The notes: generated from the sequence alone by a model not told the origin. Numbered from the stretch's first letter, positions 29,611-41,121 are shown. The stretch is DNA of 64,000 bases from an uncultured Prevotella sp. (GCA_946628315.1 CAMOWH010000001.1:939-64938), one strand, 5' to 3'. A program made the numbers and translations.

Positions 29611-31065
29611 ATGAAACTAAGTGAACTGCTGAAGTATGTGAATCCCATCAGTGTTATCGGCAATGTAGAGGCTGACATTACTGGTGTTAACATTGACTCG
29701 CGCAAGATTGGGAAGGGACATCTGTTTGTGGCCATCAAAGGAACCCAGACGGATGGGCATCGTTTCATTCCTAAGGCCCTGGAAATGGGAGCCGTAGCCA
29801 TTCTCTGTGAGGATGTACCAGAAGAGTGTCAGGACGGTGTGACCTATGTGCAGGTATCTTCTACCGAAGAAGCCGTAGGCCCCGTAGCTACCGTCTTCTA
29901 TGGAGAGCCTTCACGCCATTTGAAATTGGTCGGGGTAACAGGTACCAACGGTAAGACCACCATCGCTACCTTATTATATAATATGTTCCGCAAGTTTGGC
30001 CATAAGTGCGGTTTGCTGTCTACCGTTTGCAACTATATTGAAGACGAAGCCGTTCCTGCCGATCATACGACGCCTGACCCCATAGAACTGAACCATCTGC
30101 TCAGCCGCATGGTGGAGGCGGGTTGTGAATATGCCTTTATGGAGTGCTCGAGCCATGCGATTGCACAAAAGCGTATTGGCGGGCTGAAGTTTGCGGGAGG
30201 ATTGTTCACCAATCTGACGCGTGACCATCTGGACTATCATAAGACTTTCGAGAACTATCGAGACGCCAAGAAAGCCTTCTTCGACGGGCTGGACAAGGAT
30301 GCCTTTGCCATTACCAATGCCGACGACAAGAATGGCAGCGTGATGGTGCAGAACACCAAGGCAACGGTGAAAACCTACTCTACACGCTCTATGGCTGACT
30401 TCCGTGCCCGCATCATTGAATGTCACTTCGAGGGCATGTATCTGGAGATTGACGGCCGTGAAGTGGGTGTGCAATTTATCGGCAAGTTCAATGTATCCAA
30501 TCTGTTGGCCGTCTATGGGGCTGCCGTCATGCTGGGCAAGAAACCAGAGGATATTCTTGTCATACTGAGTACGCTGAAGAGTGTGGCTGGCCGGTTGGAA
30601 CCAATCCGCTCAGAAGAAGGTGTTACGGCTATTGTTGATTATGCCCACACTCCCGACGCTTTGGAGAATGTGCTCAATGCCATTCACGAGGTGCTTGACG
30701 GCAAGGGTGGGCAAGTAATTACTGTTTGCGGTGCTGGCGGCAACCGTGACAAAGGCAAACGTCCGTTAATGGCCCAGGAGGCTGTCAAGCAGAGCGATCG
30801 TGTCATCATTACTTCTGATAATCCCCGTTTCGAGGAACCTCAGGATATCATCAACGATATGCTGGCTGGTTTGGATGCCAAGCAGATGAAGAAAGTAGTC
30901 TCTATAGCCGACCGGAAGGAAGCGATTAAGACGGCTGTTATGTTGGCCCAGAAAGGTGATGTCATCCTTATCGCCGGCAAGGGACATGAGGACTATCAGG
31001 AAATCAAGGGCGTCAAGCATCATTTTGACGACCGTGAGGTAGTGAGAGAAATCTTTAACGAATAA
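29611..31065 (+). CDS. murE: UDP-MurNAc-dipeptide--meso-DAP ligase
   Basis: [24 protein letters not shown]. Confidence 0.96.
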   Translation: MKLSELLKYVNPISVIGNVEADITGVNIDSRKIGKGHLFVAIKGTQTDGHRFIPKALEMGAVAILCEDVPEECQDGVTYVQVSSTEEAVGPVATVFYGEPSRHLKLVGVTGTNGKTTIATLLYNMFRKFGHKCGLLSTVCNYIEDEAVPADHTTPDPIELNHLLSRMVEAGCEYAFMECSSHAIAQKRIGGLKFAGGLFTNLTRDHLDYHKTFENYRDAKKAFFDGLDKDAFAITNADDKNGSVMVQNTKATVKTYSTRSMADFRARIIECHFEGMYLEIDGREVGVQFIGKFNVSNLLAVYGAAVMLGKKPEDILVILSTLKSVAGRLEPIRSEEGVTAIVDYAHTPDALENVLNAIHEVLDGKGGQVITVCGAGGNRDKGKRPLMAQEAVKQSDRVIITSDNPRFEEPQDIINDMLAGLDAKQMKKVVSIADRKEAIKTAVMLAQKGDVILIAGKGHEDYQEIKGVKHHFDDREVVREIFNE

Positions 31066-31088
31066 TATCGAGACATCGAAATATCGAA
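31065..31088. repeat. Octamer tandem repeat A(T/C)ATCGA(G/A) x3
   Basis: Read directly between murE and mraY. Confidence 0.8.
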
Positions 31089-31111
31089 ACAACGTAATAA
31101 CGACAAAAAAC

Positions 31112-32383
31112 ATGCTGTATTACTTCTTCCGTTTCTTAGAGCAATACGATATTCCGGGTTCCCACATCTGGTCGTACATATCATTCCGCTCGCTGTTGGC
31201 ACTCATCATGTCGCTGCTGATTTCTGCCTGGTTTGGTGAGTACTTCATCAAATGGATGAAACGTCGCAACATCTCAGAGACAGCACGTGATCCCAGCATC
31301 GACCCCTTTGGCGAACAAAAGAAAGGTGTTCCCACTATGGGTGGCATCATCATCATTGTGAGCATTCTGGTGCCGGTAATCCTGCTGGGACGAATCAGGA
31401 ACATCTATATGTTGCTCATGATTATCACGACGATATGGCTGGGCTTTCTGGGTTTCATGGACGACTATATCAAGATATTCCGTAAGAACAAGGATGGTCT
31501 GAAAGGTATCTATAAGATTATCGGTCAGGTGTCAATCGGCTTCATCGTCGGTCTGACACTCTGGTTGAGTCCTGACGCTGTAGTCCGTGAGAATATTTCA
31601 GAGGCTCAGCAGAACCAAGAGGTGGTTATCAAGCATAACCCAGAAGCCGTCAAGTCTCTGCAGACTACTATTCCATTCATCAAGAACCACAATCTGAACT
31701 ACTCCAATGTGATGTCATTCCTTGGTGAGTATAAGGTGGCTGCAGGCTGGATACTCTTTGTCATCATGACCATCATTGTAGTGACCGCAGTCTCGAATGG
31801 TGCCAACCTCAATGACGGCATGGACGGTATGTGTGCAGGTAACTCTGCTATCATTGGTGTGGCCTTGCTCATTTTTGCCTATATATCGTCGCACATTGTC
31901 TACGCGGCCTACTTCGATATTATGTATATCCCCGGCAGTCAGGAGTTAGTCGTGTTCTTGAGTGCCTTCATCGGTGCCATGATAGGTTTCCTGTGGTACA
32001 ATGCCTTCCCTGCCCAGATTTTCATGGGCGATACGGGTTCACTGACCATTGGTGGCATCATTGGTGTCTGTGCCCTCATTATCCATAAGGAATTGATGCT
32101 TCCCTTGTTGTGTGGCATCTTCTTCATTGAAAGCCTGAGCGTCATCATACAGACCCAGTGGTTCAAGTTGCAGAAGCGTAGAGGCAAACGTGTTCGCGTG
32201 TTCCGTGCAACACCTATCCACGATACTTTCCGCCGTTTGGATTCACAACTCGACCAGACCAGCACCTATATTCTGAAGGGCTGGCCTCACCGTCCGTTCC
32301 ATGAGTCCAAGATTACCATCCGTTTCTGGATAGTGACCATCATATTGGCAGCATTAACGATTATAACACTCAAGATAAGATAA
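31112..32383 (+). CDS. mraY: Phospho-N-acetylmuramoyl-pentapeptide transferase
   Basis: PTMGG, DDYIK, NLNDGMDG, FMGDTGSL. Confidence 0.96.
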   Translation: MLYYFFRFLEQYDIPGSHIWSYISFRSLLALIMSLLISAWFGEYFIKWMKRRNISETARDPSIDPFGEQKKGVPTMGGIIIIVSILVPVILLGRIRNIYMLLMIITTIWLGFLGFMDDYIKIFRKNKDGLKGIYKIIGQVSIGFIVGLTLWLSPDAVVRENISEAQQNQEVVIKHNPEAVKSLQTTIPFIKNHNLNYSNVMSFLGEYKVAAGWILFVIMTIIVVTAVSNGANLNDGMDGMCAGNSAIIGVALLIFAYISSHIVYAAYFDIMYIPGSQELVVFLSAFIGAMIGFLWYNAFPAQIFMGDTGSLTIGGIIGVCALIIHKELMLPLLCGIFFIESLSVIIQTQWFKLQKRRGKRVRVFRATPIHDTFRRLDSQLDQTSTYILKGWPHRPFHESKITIRFWIVTIILAALTIITLKIR

Positions 32384-32395
32384 CGAAGAGAAAAG

Positions 32396-33727
32396 ATGAG
32401 TAGAATAGTAATATTAGGAGCCGGCGAGAGTGGTGCAGGAGCTGCTGTCCTGGCCAAGAAACAAGGATTCGACGTGTTCGTCTCGGATATGTCGAAGATT
32501 AAGGAAAAGTATAAGAAACTGATGGACGACCATCAGATAGCTTGGGAGGAAGGTCTCCATACTGAGGAAAAAATCCTGAATGCCGACGAGATTATCAAGA
32601 GTCCAGGTATTCCCGATACTGCTCCTATGATTGTCAAAATCAAGGAGAAGGGCATCCATATCATCAGTGAGATAGAGTTTGCAGGTCGTTATACGGACTC
32701 GAAGATGATTTGCATTACCGGCTCTAATGGTAAGACTACCACCACGAGCCTGATTTACCATATTTTCAAGGCTGCAGGCTATGATGCTGGATTGGCCGGC
32801 AATATCGGCAACTCGCTGGCATTGCAGGTGGCAGAGGAACCGCACGAATACTACATCATCGAGCTCAGTTCTTTCCAGCTCGACAATATGTACGACTTCC
32901 GTGCCAACATCGCTGTGTTGCTTAACATCACGCCTGACCATCTGGATCGCTATGACTTCAAGATGCAGAACTATGTTGATGCCAAGATGCGTATCATTCA
33001 GAATCAGACTTCGGAGGACGCTTTCATCTATTGGAATGATGATCCCGTCATCAAGGGAGAACTGGAGAAGTATAACATTCAAGCTATTCAGTACCCGTTC
33101 TCTGAGTTGAAGGAGAAAGGTAGTATCGGTTACATCGAGGAAGGCCAATACAAAATAGAACAGCCGGAGCCCTTTAATATGGAACAGGAGTCATTGAGTC
33201 TGACGGGTAAACATAATATCTACAACTCACTGGCTGCCGGTATCGCCTCTAACATCGCAGGCATCAAGAAGGAGGTCATCCGTAAGTCACTCAGCGACTT
33301 CCCCGGTGTCGAGCACCGTCTGGAGAAGGTATGTACCGTCCGCGGCGTACAATACATCAACGACTCAAAGGCTACTAACGTGGACGCTTGCTGGTATGCC
33401 CTGGAGTCCATGAAGACCAAGACCATACTTATCATTGGCGGTAAGGACAAGGGTAACGACTATGCTCCTATTATACCGCTGGTCAAGGAGAAGTGTGCCG
33501 GACTGGTCTATTTAGGAGCTGACAACCAGAAGCTACACGACAATTTCGACCAGTTGGGTATCCCCGTTCGCGACACCCACTCCATGAAAGAGTGTGTCCA
33601 GGCCTGTTACGAGCTGGCTGAGCCGGGCATGACCGTGTTGCTCTCACCCTGCTGTGCCTCGTTTGACCTCTTCAAGAATATGGAAGACCGTGGTGAACAA
33701 TTTAAGGAATTAGCAAGAAATCTGTAA
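32396..33727 (+). CDS. murD: UDP-MurNAc-L-Ala--D-Glu ligase
   Basis: TGSNGKTTT, ELSSFQL, DHLDRY, NDSKATN. Confidence 0.96.
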   Translation: MSRIVILGAGESGAGAAVLAKKQGFDVFVSDMSKIKEKYKKLMDDHQIAWEEGLHTEEKILNADEIIKSPGIPDTAPMIVKIKEKGIHIISEIEFAGRYTDSKMICITGSNGKTTTTSLIYHIFKAAGYDAGLAGNIGNSLALQVAEEPHEYYIIELSSFQLDNMYDFRANIAVLLNITPDHLDRYDFKMQNYVDAKMRIIQNQTSEDAFIYWNDDPVIKGELEKYNIQAIQYPFSELKEKGSIGYIEEGQYKIEQPEPFNMEQESLSLTGKHNIYNSLAAGIASNIAGIKKEVIRKSLSDFPGVEHRLEKVCTVRGVQYINDSKATNVDACWYALESMKTKTILIIGGKDKGNDYAPIIPLVKEKCAGLVYLGADNQKLHDNFDQLGIPVRDTHSMKECVQACYELAEPGMTVLLSPCCASFDLFKNMEDRGEQFKELARNL

Positions 33728-34984
33728 ATGAACAAGAAAATAGGCAGAATCTTCAAAGGCGACAAGGTCATCTGGATGGTGTTCTTCTTCCTCTGCATGA
33801 TCAGTATTGTGGAAGTCTTCTCGGCTTCCAGCGGACTGACCTATAAGAGCCAGAACTACATCGGTCCTATTGCCTACCATGCTTTCACAATAGTTACCGG
33901 TGTGGTGGTTGCCATCATTACCCTAAACATTCCCTGTCGTTATTTCAAGTTGCTGACTCCTTTCTTATTGCTCATTACGGGCTTAATGTTGTTCATTGTC
34001 ATATTGGGTGGCGGTGAGAGTGCGAATGATGCTTCCCGATGGATACGTATCGGGCCGTTTACCATCCAACCGTCGGAAATTGCCAAAGGCACTGTTGTCC
34101 TGGCCGTAGCACAGATACTGGCTGCTATGCAGCGTGAGAATGGTGCAGACCGTCAGGCATTTAAGTGGATATTGTGGATTACCATACCTACGTGTGCTAT
34201 GATTGGCGTAGAGAATTTGTCGACGGCAGCCCTGCTTTTCGGTGTCGTCATTCTGATGATGTTCATCGGCCTTGTACCTTTACGTCAGATGGGGAAACTG
34301 GTGGGCGTATTGGTGTTTATGGTAGTTTTTGCTGTAGCTATGGTCATGATTGTCGGCCATGATAATACCGTAGAGGAAGACAATAAACAGTTGACTAAGA
34401 CAGAACAACTGGAACAGCCCAAGAAGAAGAGCAAGATAGAAAAACTGCTCCACCGTGCTGATACTTGGAAGGCGCGTATTCTTAAGTTCGGCAAGGACGA
34501 TGTGGCGCCTCAGGATTATGATTTGGATAAAGATGCTCAGGTAGCACATGCAAACATTGCCATCGTGTCCAGTGGTGTTGTGGGTAAGGGACCAGGTAAA
34601 TCGGTTGAACGTGACTTTCTGGCACAGGCTTTTTCTGATTTCATCTTTGCCATTGTCATTGAAGAACTGGGCCTTTTAGGGGCTTCCTTTGTAGTATTCC
34701 TATATATTATCCTGCTCTATCGTTGTGCCCGTATCGCTTCGCAATGCGAGAACAATTTCCCCGCTTTTCTGGCTATGGGTTTGGGATTGCTGCTCGTGGT
34801 ACAGGCTACCTTCAACATGATGGTGGCTGTCGGACTGGCCCCTGTTACCGGTCAGCCCTTGCCGCTCATTTCCAAAGGCGGTACGTCGACAATTATCAAT
34901 TGTGCCTATATCGGGACCATTCTGAGCGTCAGCCGTTCAGCAAAAATGAAAAGAGAAAAAGAATTAAGTTCAAATGTGGCTTAA
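33728..34984 (+). CDS. ftsW: SEDS peptidoglycan polymerase FtsW
   Basis: RW, IQPSE, DFIFAIVIEELG, PLISKGGTS. Confidence 0.93.
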   Translation: MNKKIGRIFKGDKVIWMVFFFLCMISIVEVFSASSGLTYKSQNYIGPIAYHAFTIVTGVVVAIITLNIPCRYFKLLTPFLLLITGLMLFIVILGGGESANDASRWIRIGPFTIQPSEIAKGTVVLAVAQILAAMQRENGADRQAFKWILWITIPTCAMIGVENLSTAALLFGVVILMMFIGLVPLRQMGKLVGVLVFMVVFAVAMVMIVGHDNTVEEDNKQLTKTEQLEQPKKKSKIEKLLHRADTWKARILKFGKDDVAPQDYDLDKDAQVAHANIAIVSSGVVGKGPGKSVERDFLAQAFSDFIFAIVIEELGLLGASFVVFLYIILLYRCARIASQCENNFPAFLAMGLGLLLVVQATFNMMVAVGLAPVTGQPLPLISKGGTSTIINCAYIGTILSVSRSAKMKREKELSSNVA

Positions 34985-35000
34985 ATTCAATAAAAAGTAG

Positions 35001-35008
35001 TAAATTTG
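35001..35008 (+). promoter_or_regulatory. Possible internal dcw promoter before murG
   Basis: TAAATTTG-CA in an AT-rich gap. Confidence 0.45.
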
Positions 35009-35045
35009 CAAGCTAATATAGAAAACGAAGAAAATAGGTATCATC

Positions 35046-36164
35046 ATGAGTAACGAATTAAGGGTTATCATCAGCGGAGGCGGTACGGGAGGACACATCT
35101 TTCCGGCTGTTTCTATTGCCAATGCCATCAAGCAAATGCAACCAGATGCCAAGATTCTGTTTGTGGGAGCCTTAGGGCGTATGGAGATGCAGCGCGTGCC
35201 GGCTGCAGGCTATGAAATCAAGGGTCTGCCCATTCAGGGTTTTGACCGCAAGAACTTGCTGAAGAATATCAAGGTACTCTACAAGATATGGAAGAGCCAG
35301 CGCATGGCCCGTAAAATCATCAAGGACTTCCGCCCGCAGGTTGCTGTGGGGGTGGGTGGCTATGCCAGCGGTCCGACGCTGAATATGGCCGCTGCTGCCG
35401 GCATCCCCTGCCTGTTGCAGGAACAGAACTCTTATGCCGGCGTTACCAATAAGCTGCTGGCTAAGAAAGCCGCAAAGATTTGTGTGGCCTACGAGGGTAT
35501 GGAGCGCTTCTTCCCTAAGGACAAAATTATGTTGACCGGCAATCCTGTCCGTCAGCAGTTGCTCGATACCACCGTGTCCAAGGCTGATGCCTTGCGTGCT
35601 TTCGGCTTGGATGCTTCCAAGAAGACCGTACTCATAGTCGGTGGCAGCCTGGGAGCCCGCACGCTCAACGAGAGTGTCATGACTCATCTTGACCAGATTC
35701 GCAATAGCGAAGTACAGTTTGTCTGGCAGACAGGCAAATACTATTACGACAAGATTGTGGAACGTCTAGAAAAGGAAGAAGGCAAACCCGGCAATCTGGT
35801 GGTCACCGACTTCATCAGCGACATGGGAGCTGCCTACAAGGCTGCCGACGTAGTGGTAAGCCGTGCCGGTGCCGGTTCCATCAGCGAGTTCTGTCTGTTG
35901 GGCAAACCCGTCATTCTGGTGCCCAGTCCTAATGTGGCCGAAGACCATCAGACCAAGAATGCACTGGCTCTGGTCAACAAGCAGGCAGCCCTCTATGTCA
36001 AGGATGCAGAGGCCCCTCAGCTGTTGCTCCCCTTGGCCATTGACACGGTTAACGACGATGCCAAGCTGCAGAGCTTGCACGAGAACATACTCAAGATGGC
36101 TTTGCCGTCTTCAGCAGAGATTATTGCCAAAGAAGTATTAAAATTAGCAAACAATGGAAATTAA
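35046..36164 (+). CDS. murG: Lipid II GlcNAc transferase
   Basis: GGGTGGHIFP, GGYAS, GNPVR, GGSLGA, HQTKNA. Confidence 0.97.
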   Translation: MSNELRVIISGGGTGGHIFPAVSIANAIKQMQPDAKILFVGALGRMEMQRVPAAGYEIKGLPIQGFDRKNLLKNIKVLYKIWKSQRMARKIIKDFRPQVAVGVGGYASGPTLNMAAAAGIPCLLQEQNSYAGVTNKLLAKKAAKICVAYEGMERFFPKDKIMLTGNPVRQQLLDTTVSKADALRAFGLDASKKTVLIVGGSLGARTLNESVMTHLDQIRNSEVQFVWQTGKYYYDKIVERLEKEEGKPGNLVVTDFISDMGAAYKAADVVVSRAGAGSISEFCLLGKPVILVPSPNVAEDHQTKNALALVNKQAALYVKDAEAPQLLLPLAIDTVNDDAKLQSLHENILKMALPSSAEIIAKEVLKLANNGN

Positions 36165-37530
36165 GGATATCAAAGCAGTCTATTTCGTAGGAGCCGGAGG
36201 CATCGGCATGAGTGCCATTGCCCGCTATTTTCTGAAGAAGGGACTCGTCGTAGCCGGTTACGATAAGACACCCAGCACGCTCACCCGCCAGCTGGAGCAG
36301 GAAGGCATGATGATTCACTATGAAGAGAATGTCAGCCTGATTCCGGAAGCCTGTCGCCACCCAGCCACCTGTCAGGTCATCTATACACCTGCCATCCCTG
36401 ACGATCATCAGGAACTGCAGTATTTCCGCAAGGAAGGCTTCGATATCCAGAAGCGAGCCCAGGTGCTGGGAACCTTGACGCGCCAGCATAAGGGTCTCTG
36501 TGTCGCCGGTACTCATGGCAAGACCACGACGTCAACCATGTGTGCTCACATCATGCACCAGAGCCATCTCGACTGCAACGCCTTCTTAGGAGGTATCTCC
36601 AAGAACTATGGTACCAACTATATTCTCTCTGATAGCGATTACGTGGTCATCGAGGCTGATGAGTTCGACCGTTCGTTCCATTGGCTGTCACCCTATATGA
36701 CGGTTATTACGGCTACAGACCCAGACCATTTGGACATCTATGGCACCAAGGAAGCCTATCTGGAGAGTTTCCGCCACTACACAGAGCTTATCCAGCCCGA
36801 AGGAGCACTCATCATCCACCGCGATCTGGAGATGCAAGAGCATCTGCCCAGCGGCGTGCGCCGTTACGACTATGCACTGGCCGAGGGCGACTTCCATGCC
36901 GAGAACATCCGTATTGACAACGGTGAGATTACGTTCGACTTCATCTCGCCCATCGAGACCGTCCGGAATGTGGAGTTAGGTCAGCCCGTACCCATTAACA
37001 TCGAGAACGGCATTGCTGCCATGGCTATGGCTCAGTTGGCTGGCTGTACTGCCGAGGAGCTGCGTCAGGGACTGAAAACCTACGAAGGAGTGGAGCGCCG
37101 TTTCGACTTCAAGATCAAGACCGACCGTCTGGTGTTCCTCAGCGACTATGCACATCATCCGAAAGAAATCTACCAGAGTGCACGCAGCATTCGTGAGCTG
37201 TATAAGAACCGCCACGTCACGGCCATCTTCCAGCCTCACCTCTACACCCGCACGCGTGACTTCTACCGCGACTTTGCCGACGCGCTGAGCCTGTTGGACG
37301 AGGTCATCCTGACAGAGATATATCCCGCTCGTGAGCAACCCATTGAGGGGGTTACCTCACAGCTCATCTACGACAACCTGCGTCCGGGCATCGAGAAGCA
37401 GCTCGTCAACAAGAGCCAGGTGCTGGATCTCGTCAAGAGCCGTTCCTTCGATGTGCTCATCGTGCTGGGAGCCGGCGACCTGGACAATCAGGTGCCCCAG
37501 ATGACCGAATTGCTGAAGAGTAAACTGTAA
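36154..37530 (+). CDS. murC: UDP-MurNAc--L-alanine ligase
   Basis: GAGGIGMS, GTHGKTTT, EADEFD, DYAHHP, FQPH. Confidence 0.97.
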   Translation: MEIKDIKAVYFVGAGGIGMSAIARYFLKKGLVVAGYDKTPSTLTRQLEQEGMMIHYEENVSLIPEACRHPATCQVIYTPAIPDDHQELQYFRKEGFDIQKRAQVLGTLTRQHKGLCVAGTHGKTTTSTMCAHIMHQSHLDCNAFLGGISKNYGTNYILSDSDYVVIEADEFDRSFHWLSPYMTVITATDPDHLDIYGTKEAYLESFRHYTELIQPEGALIIHRDLEMQEHLPSGVRRYDYALAEGDFHAENIRIDNGEITFDFISPIETVRNVELGQPVPINIENGIAAMAMAQLAGCTAEELRQGLKTYEGVERRFDFKIKTDRLVFLSDYAHHPKEIYQSARSIRELYKNRHVTAIFQPHLYTRTRDFYRDFADALSLLDEVILTEIYPAREQPIEGVTSQLIYDNLRPGIEKQLVNKSQVLDLVKSRSFDVLIVLGAGDLDNQVPQMTELLKSKL

Positions 37531-37547
37531 AAATAGATATTATCATC

Positions 37548-38309
37548 GTGAGCATCGACTGGAAAAAATCGGCTATCATTGTGGCAGACATTGCTATCGC
37601 TGCCTATCTCCTATTGGCTGTCACGGCGTTCAATCGCCCTGACGAGCTCAATAACGTGTGCTCCGAAGTCAATATCAACATTCAGGAGGGCCCTGTTCGC
37701 GGATTCCTCAATGCCGACGAGGTAAAGACCCAACTGATTCGTACGCAGCTCTATCCCTTAGGCGATCCCATTGACCAGGTGGAGGGGCGTAAGATAGAGG
37801 AAATGCTGCTTCAGAACCCGTTTGTAGAGACAGCGCAGTGCTACAAGACCCAGACCGGGCGTGTCAACATCAATCTGTCACAGCGCCTGCCCGTCATCCG
37901 TGTGAAGGCTGACAACGGTGACGACTATTATGTCGATACCTACGGAAACATCATGCCCAATACACAATATGTCAGCGACATGGTCATTGCCACAGGTGCC
38001 ATCACGAAGAACTATGCCCAGAAGGTGCTGAGCCGTGTGGGCAATTTCCTCATCAAGCACAAACTCTGGTTCTGTCAGGCTGAGCAGATTCATGTGCTCA
38101 GCGACGGCACCATCGAGATGATACCCCGTGTGGGTGACCATATTGTCTATCTCGGACAGCCTACCGGACTCAGTCGTAAGTTCGACAGGCTGGAAAAGTT
38201 CTATAAATACGGACTTTCACAGGCTGGATGGAACAAGTATTCCTATATCAGCGTGGAGTTTGACAACCAGATTATCTGTAAGAAGAGTAAAAGAGTAAAA
38301 ATAAAATAA
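37548..38309 (+). CDS. ftsQ: Cell division protein FtsQ/DivIB (Bacteroidales type)
   Basis: GTG start, N-terminal TM, position between murC and ftsA. Confidence 0.8.
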   Translation: MSIDWKKSAIIVADIAIAAYLLLAVTAFNRPDELNNVCSEVNINIQEGPVRGFLNADEVKTQLIRTQLYPLGDPIDQVEGRKIEEMLLQNPFVETAQCYKTQTGRVNINLSQRLPVIRVKADNGDDYYVDTYGNIMPNTQYVSDMVIATGAITKNYAQKVLSRVGNFLIKHKLWFCQAEQIHVLSDGTIEMIPRVGDHIVYLGQPTGLSRKFDRLEKFYKYGLSQAGWNKYSYISVEFDNQIICKKSKRVKIK

Positions 38310-38321
38310 AGACGTAACAAG

Positions 38322-39770
38322 ATGCCAAAGGATTTTATCGTAGCAATTGAACTGGGGTCATCCAAGATGACCGGTATCGCTGGCAAGAAGAACCTTGACG
38401 GCAGCATTCAGGTGCTTGCCTGTGTCAAGGAGGACGCTTCTGCCTGTATCCGCAAGGGTGTGGTTTACAATATCGACAAGACTGCCCAGTGCCTCACCAG
38501 CATCGTCAACCGCCTTGAGAAACAACTCAAGACGGCTATCACACAGGTGTATGTAGGTGTGGGCGGACAGTCTATCCGCTCTGTTCGCAATCTTATTTCG
38601 AAGGACCTGACCGGTGAGACACTCGTCACACAGGATATGGTCATCGAACTGATGGATGACAACCGTAATATGAAGTATCCTGACCAGGAGATTCTCGATG
38701 CTGCAGTTCAGGAGTACAAGGTTGACTCACAGTATCAGCTTGACCCCGTTGGCATCCAGTGCTCACATATTGAGGGCAACTTCCTGAACATCCTGCAGCG
38801 CAAGTCGTTCTACAAGAACCTCAACAAGTGTTTCGAGGCGGCAGGCATCAATGTGGCCGAGATGTATCTGGCTCCGTTGGCACTGGCTGACAGCGTGCTG
38901 ACCGAGGCCGAGCGCCGTTCGGGCTGTGCCTTGGTCGACTTAGGTGCCGATACCACTACGGTCAGCGTCTACTCGAAGAACATTCTGCGCCATCTGGCAG
39001 TTATTCCCTTGGGCTCCAACAACATCACCAAGGACATTGCCTCACTCCAGATGGAGGAGGGCGATGCCGAGAAGATGAAACTCAAGTACGCCTCGGCTTA
39101 TACTGACAATAACGATATTGACAACAACATGAAGTACTCTATCGACCAGGACCGTCAGGTCGAGGTACGCAAGTTCATCGAGATAGTCGAGGGACGTCTC
39201 GAGGAAATTGTTGCCAACGTTTGGTGTCAGGTGCCCGAGGAATACTGTGACAAGCTTCTGGGTGGTATTATCCTGACAGGCGGAGGCTCTAACATGAAGA
39301 ATATAGAGAAAGCCTTCGTGAACTATACCCACATCGAGAAAATACGCATTGCCAAGTTCGTTACCCAGACCATCATCTCTACCATTCCTGAGATTACGGC
39401 ACACGATGCAATGATGAACACCGTGCTGGGACTGTTGGCAAAAGGCGATATCAACTGCGCCGGAGGCGAGATCAATCCCAATGTCGATCTTTTCGCCCCC
39501 CAGCGTCCTGCCCAGGCAGAGACTCCAGAACAGCGTCGCGCCCGTCAGGCAACGGAGACGCCGGCTGGTGTCGTCCGCACTCAGGAGGAGATTCGCCGTG
39601 CTGAGGAGGAAGCCCAGCGCAAGAAGGAGGAAGAAGAGCGCAAAGCCCGCGAGGAGGCCGAGGCCAAGGCTCGTGAGGAGGCTCAGCGCAAGAAGGAGAA
39701 CTCCTTCTGGAACAAAGCCTTTAAGGGCCTGAAGAAGTTTGGTGAGAAAATGATTGAAGAAGAAGAATAA
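38322..39770 (+). CDS. ftsA: Cell division protein FtsA
   Basis: IELGSSK, VDLGADTT, LTGGGS; C-terminal amphipathic helix. Confidence 0.93.
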   Translation: MPKDFIVAIELGSSKMTGIAGKKNLDGSIQVLACVKEDASACIRKGVVYNIDKTAQCLTSIVNRLEKQLKTAITQVYVGVGGQSIRSVRNLISKDLTGETLVTQDMVIELMDDNRNMKYPDQEILDAAVQEYKVDSQYQLDPVGIQCSHIEGNFLNILQRKSFYKNLNKCFEAAGINVAEMYLAPLALADSVLTEAERRSGCALVDLGADTTTVSVYSKNILRHLAVIPLGSNNITKDIASLQMEEGDAEKMKLKYASAYTDNNDIDNNMKYSIDQDRQVEVRKFIEIVEGRLEEIVANVWCQVPEEYCDKLLGGIILTGGGSNMKNIEKAFVNYTHIEKIRIAKFVTQTIISTIPEITAHDAMMNTVLGLLAKGDINCAGGEINPNVDLFAPQRPAQAETPEQRRARQATETPAGVVRTQEEIRRAEEEAQRKKEEEERKAREEAEAKAREEAQRKKENSFWNKAFKGLKKFGEKMIEEEE

Positions 39771-39789
39771 AAAAGGAGGACTGATTTTT

Positions 39790-41121
39790 ATGATGGACAA
39801 CAATGTATTGCTCGACTTTGGCGAGCCCGAAAGAGAGAATAGCATCATCAAGGTAGTCGGCGTAGGCGGCGGCGGCGGCAATGCCGTCAACCATATGTAC
39901 CGCGAAGGCATACACGACGTAACCTTTGTGTTCTGTAATACTGACAATCAGGCACTCAACGACTCACCCGTACCCGTACACCTGCAATTAGGCAAGGAAG
40001 GACTGGGGGCCGGCAACCGTCCCGAGAAGGCGCGGGCTGCCGCCGAGGAGAGCCTGGAGGATATCAAGAAGATGTTCAACGACGGCACCCGCATGGCCTT
40101 CATCACCGCCGGCATGGGCGGCGGCACCGGCACCGGTGCTGCACCCGTTATTGCCCGTGTGTCCAAGGAGATGGGCATCCTGACCGTGGGCATCGTCACC
40201 ATTCCCTTCCGTTTCGAGGGTGACCGTAAGATTGACCAGGCACTCGACGGCGTGGAGGAGATGAACAAGCATGTCGACGCCCTGCTGGTCATCAACAACG
40301 AGCGCCTGCGCGAGATATATCCCGAGCTCACCGTGCTCGACGCCTTCGGCAAGGCTGACGATACCCTAAGCGTAGCCGCTAAGTCCATTGCCGAGATTAT
40401 CACCGTACACGGACTCATCAATCTCGACTTCAACGACGTCAAGACCGTCCTCAAGGACGGAGGCGTAGCCATCATGTCTACCGGTTACGGCGAAGGCGAG
40501 GGACGTGTGCGCAAGGCCATTGAGGATGCCCTCAACTCACCCCTGCTCAACGAGAACGATGTCTTCAACTCCAAGAAGATACTCCTCTCCATCACCTTTG
40601 CCGGCGGCAAGGACGGCAAGGACTCCCTGATGATGGAAGAGATGAACGATGTCAACGAGTTCATGAGCAGGTTCGGCAACGACTTCGAAATCAAGTGGGG
40701 ACTCGCCACCGACCCCGAGCTGGGCAAGAAGGTCAAGGTCACCATTCTGGCCACAGGCTTCGGCATCGACCGCGTAGACGGCATGTCACAGCACCGCCAG
40801 CGCCTCAACACCCAGGAGGAGGCCACCCGCATTGCCGCCGAGCAGGAGCTCGAGGCACAGCGTCAGGACCGTCGCAACCGCTACTATGGCGGCGACAGCG
40901 CCAGCAAGCGCTACAAGCGCCGTCCCCACATCTACCTGTTCCGTCCCGACGACCTTGACAACGACGATGTCATCTCAGCCGTCGAGCAGACACCCACCTA
41001 CAAGCGCACCCGCGAGATTCTGGACAGCATCTACTCACAGGCCAGCGGCGACGTCGTCCGTCCCGACACCCCCGACGCACCCACCACAGAACCCGTCCAG
41101 GGAACCATCAAGTTCTCGTGA
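39790..41121 (+). CDS. ftsZ: Cell division protein FtsZ
   Basis: GVGGGGGNA, GMGGGTGTG tubulin signature, INLDFND. Confidence 0.98.
   Translation: MMDNNVLLDFGEPERENSIIKVVGVGGGGGNAVNHMYREGIHDVTFVFCNTDNQALNDSPVPVHLQLGKEGLGAGNRPEKARAAAEESLEDIKKMFNDGTRMAFITAGMGGGTGTGAAPVIARVSKEMGILTVGIVTIPFRFEGDRKIDQALDGVEEMNKHVDALLVINNERLREIYPELTVLDAFGKADDTLSVAAKSIAEIITVHGLINLDFNDVKTVLKDGGVAIMSTGYGEGEGRVRKAIEDALNSPLLNENDVFNSKKILLSITFAGGKDGKDSLMMEEMNDVNEFMSRFGNDFEIKWGLATDPELGKKVKVTILATGFGIDRVDGMSQHRQRLNTQEEATRIAAEQELEAQRQDRRNRYYGGDSASKRYKRRPHIYLFRPDDLDNDDVISAVEQTPTYKRTREILDSIYSQASGDVVRPDTPDAPTTEPVQGTIKFS

Noticed and set aside
30578-30587. AGAGTGTGGC match to the element foot in murE
   Set aside because: No adjacent hairpin, and it encodes the ordinary KSVAGR motif region; chance match
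39580-39770. Highly charged E/R/K extension of FtsA
   Set aside because: Extended linkers before the membrane-targeting helix are common in Bacteroidales FtsA
25661-41121. dcw cluster lacking murF, ddl and murB
   Set aside because: Normal arrangement for Bacteroidales
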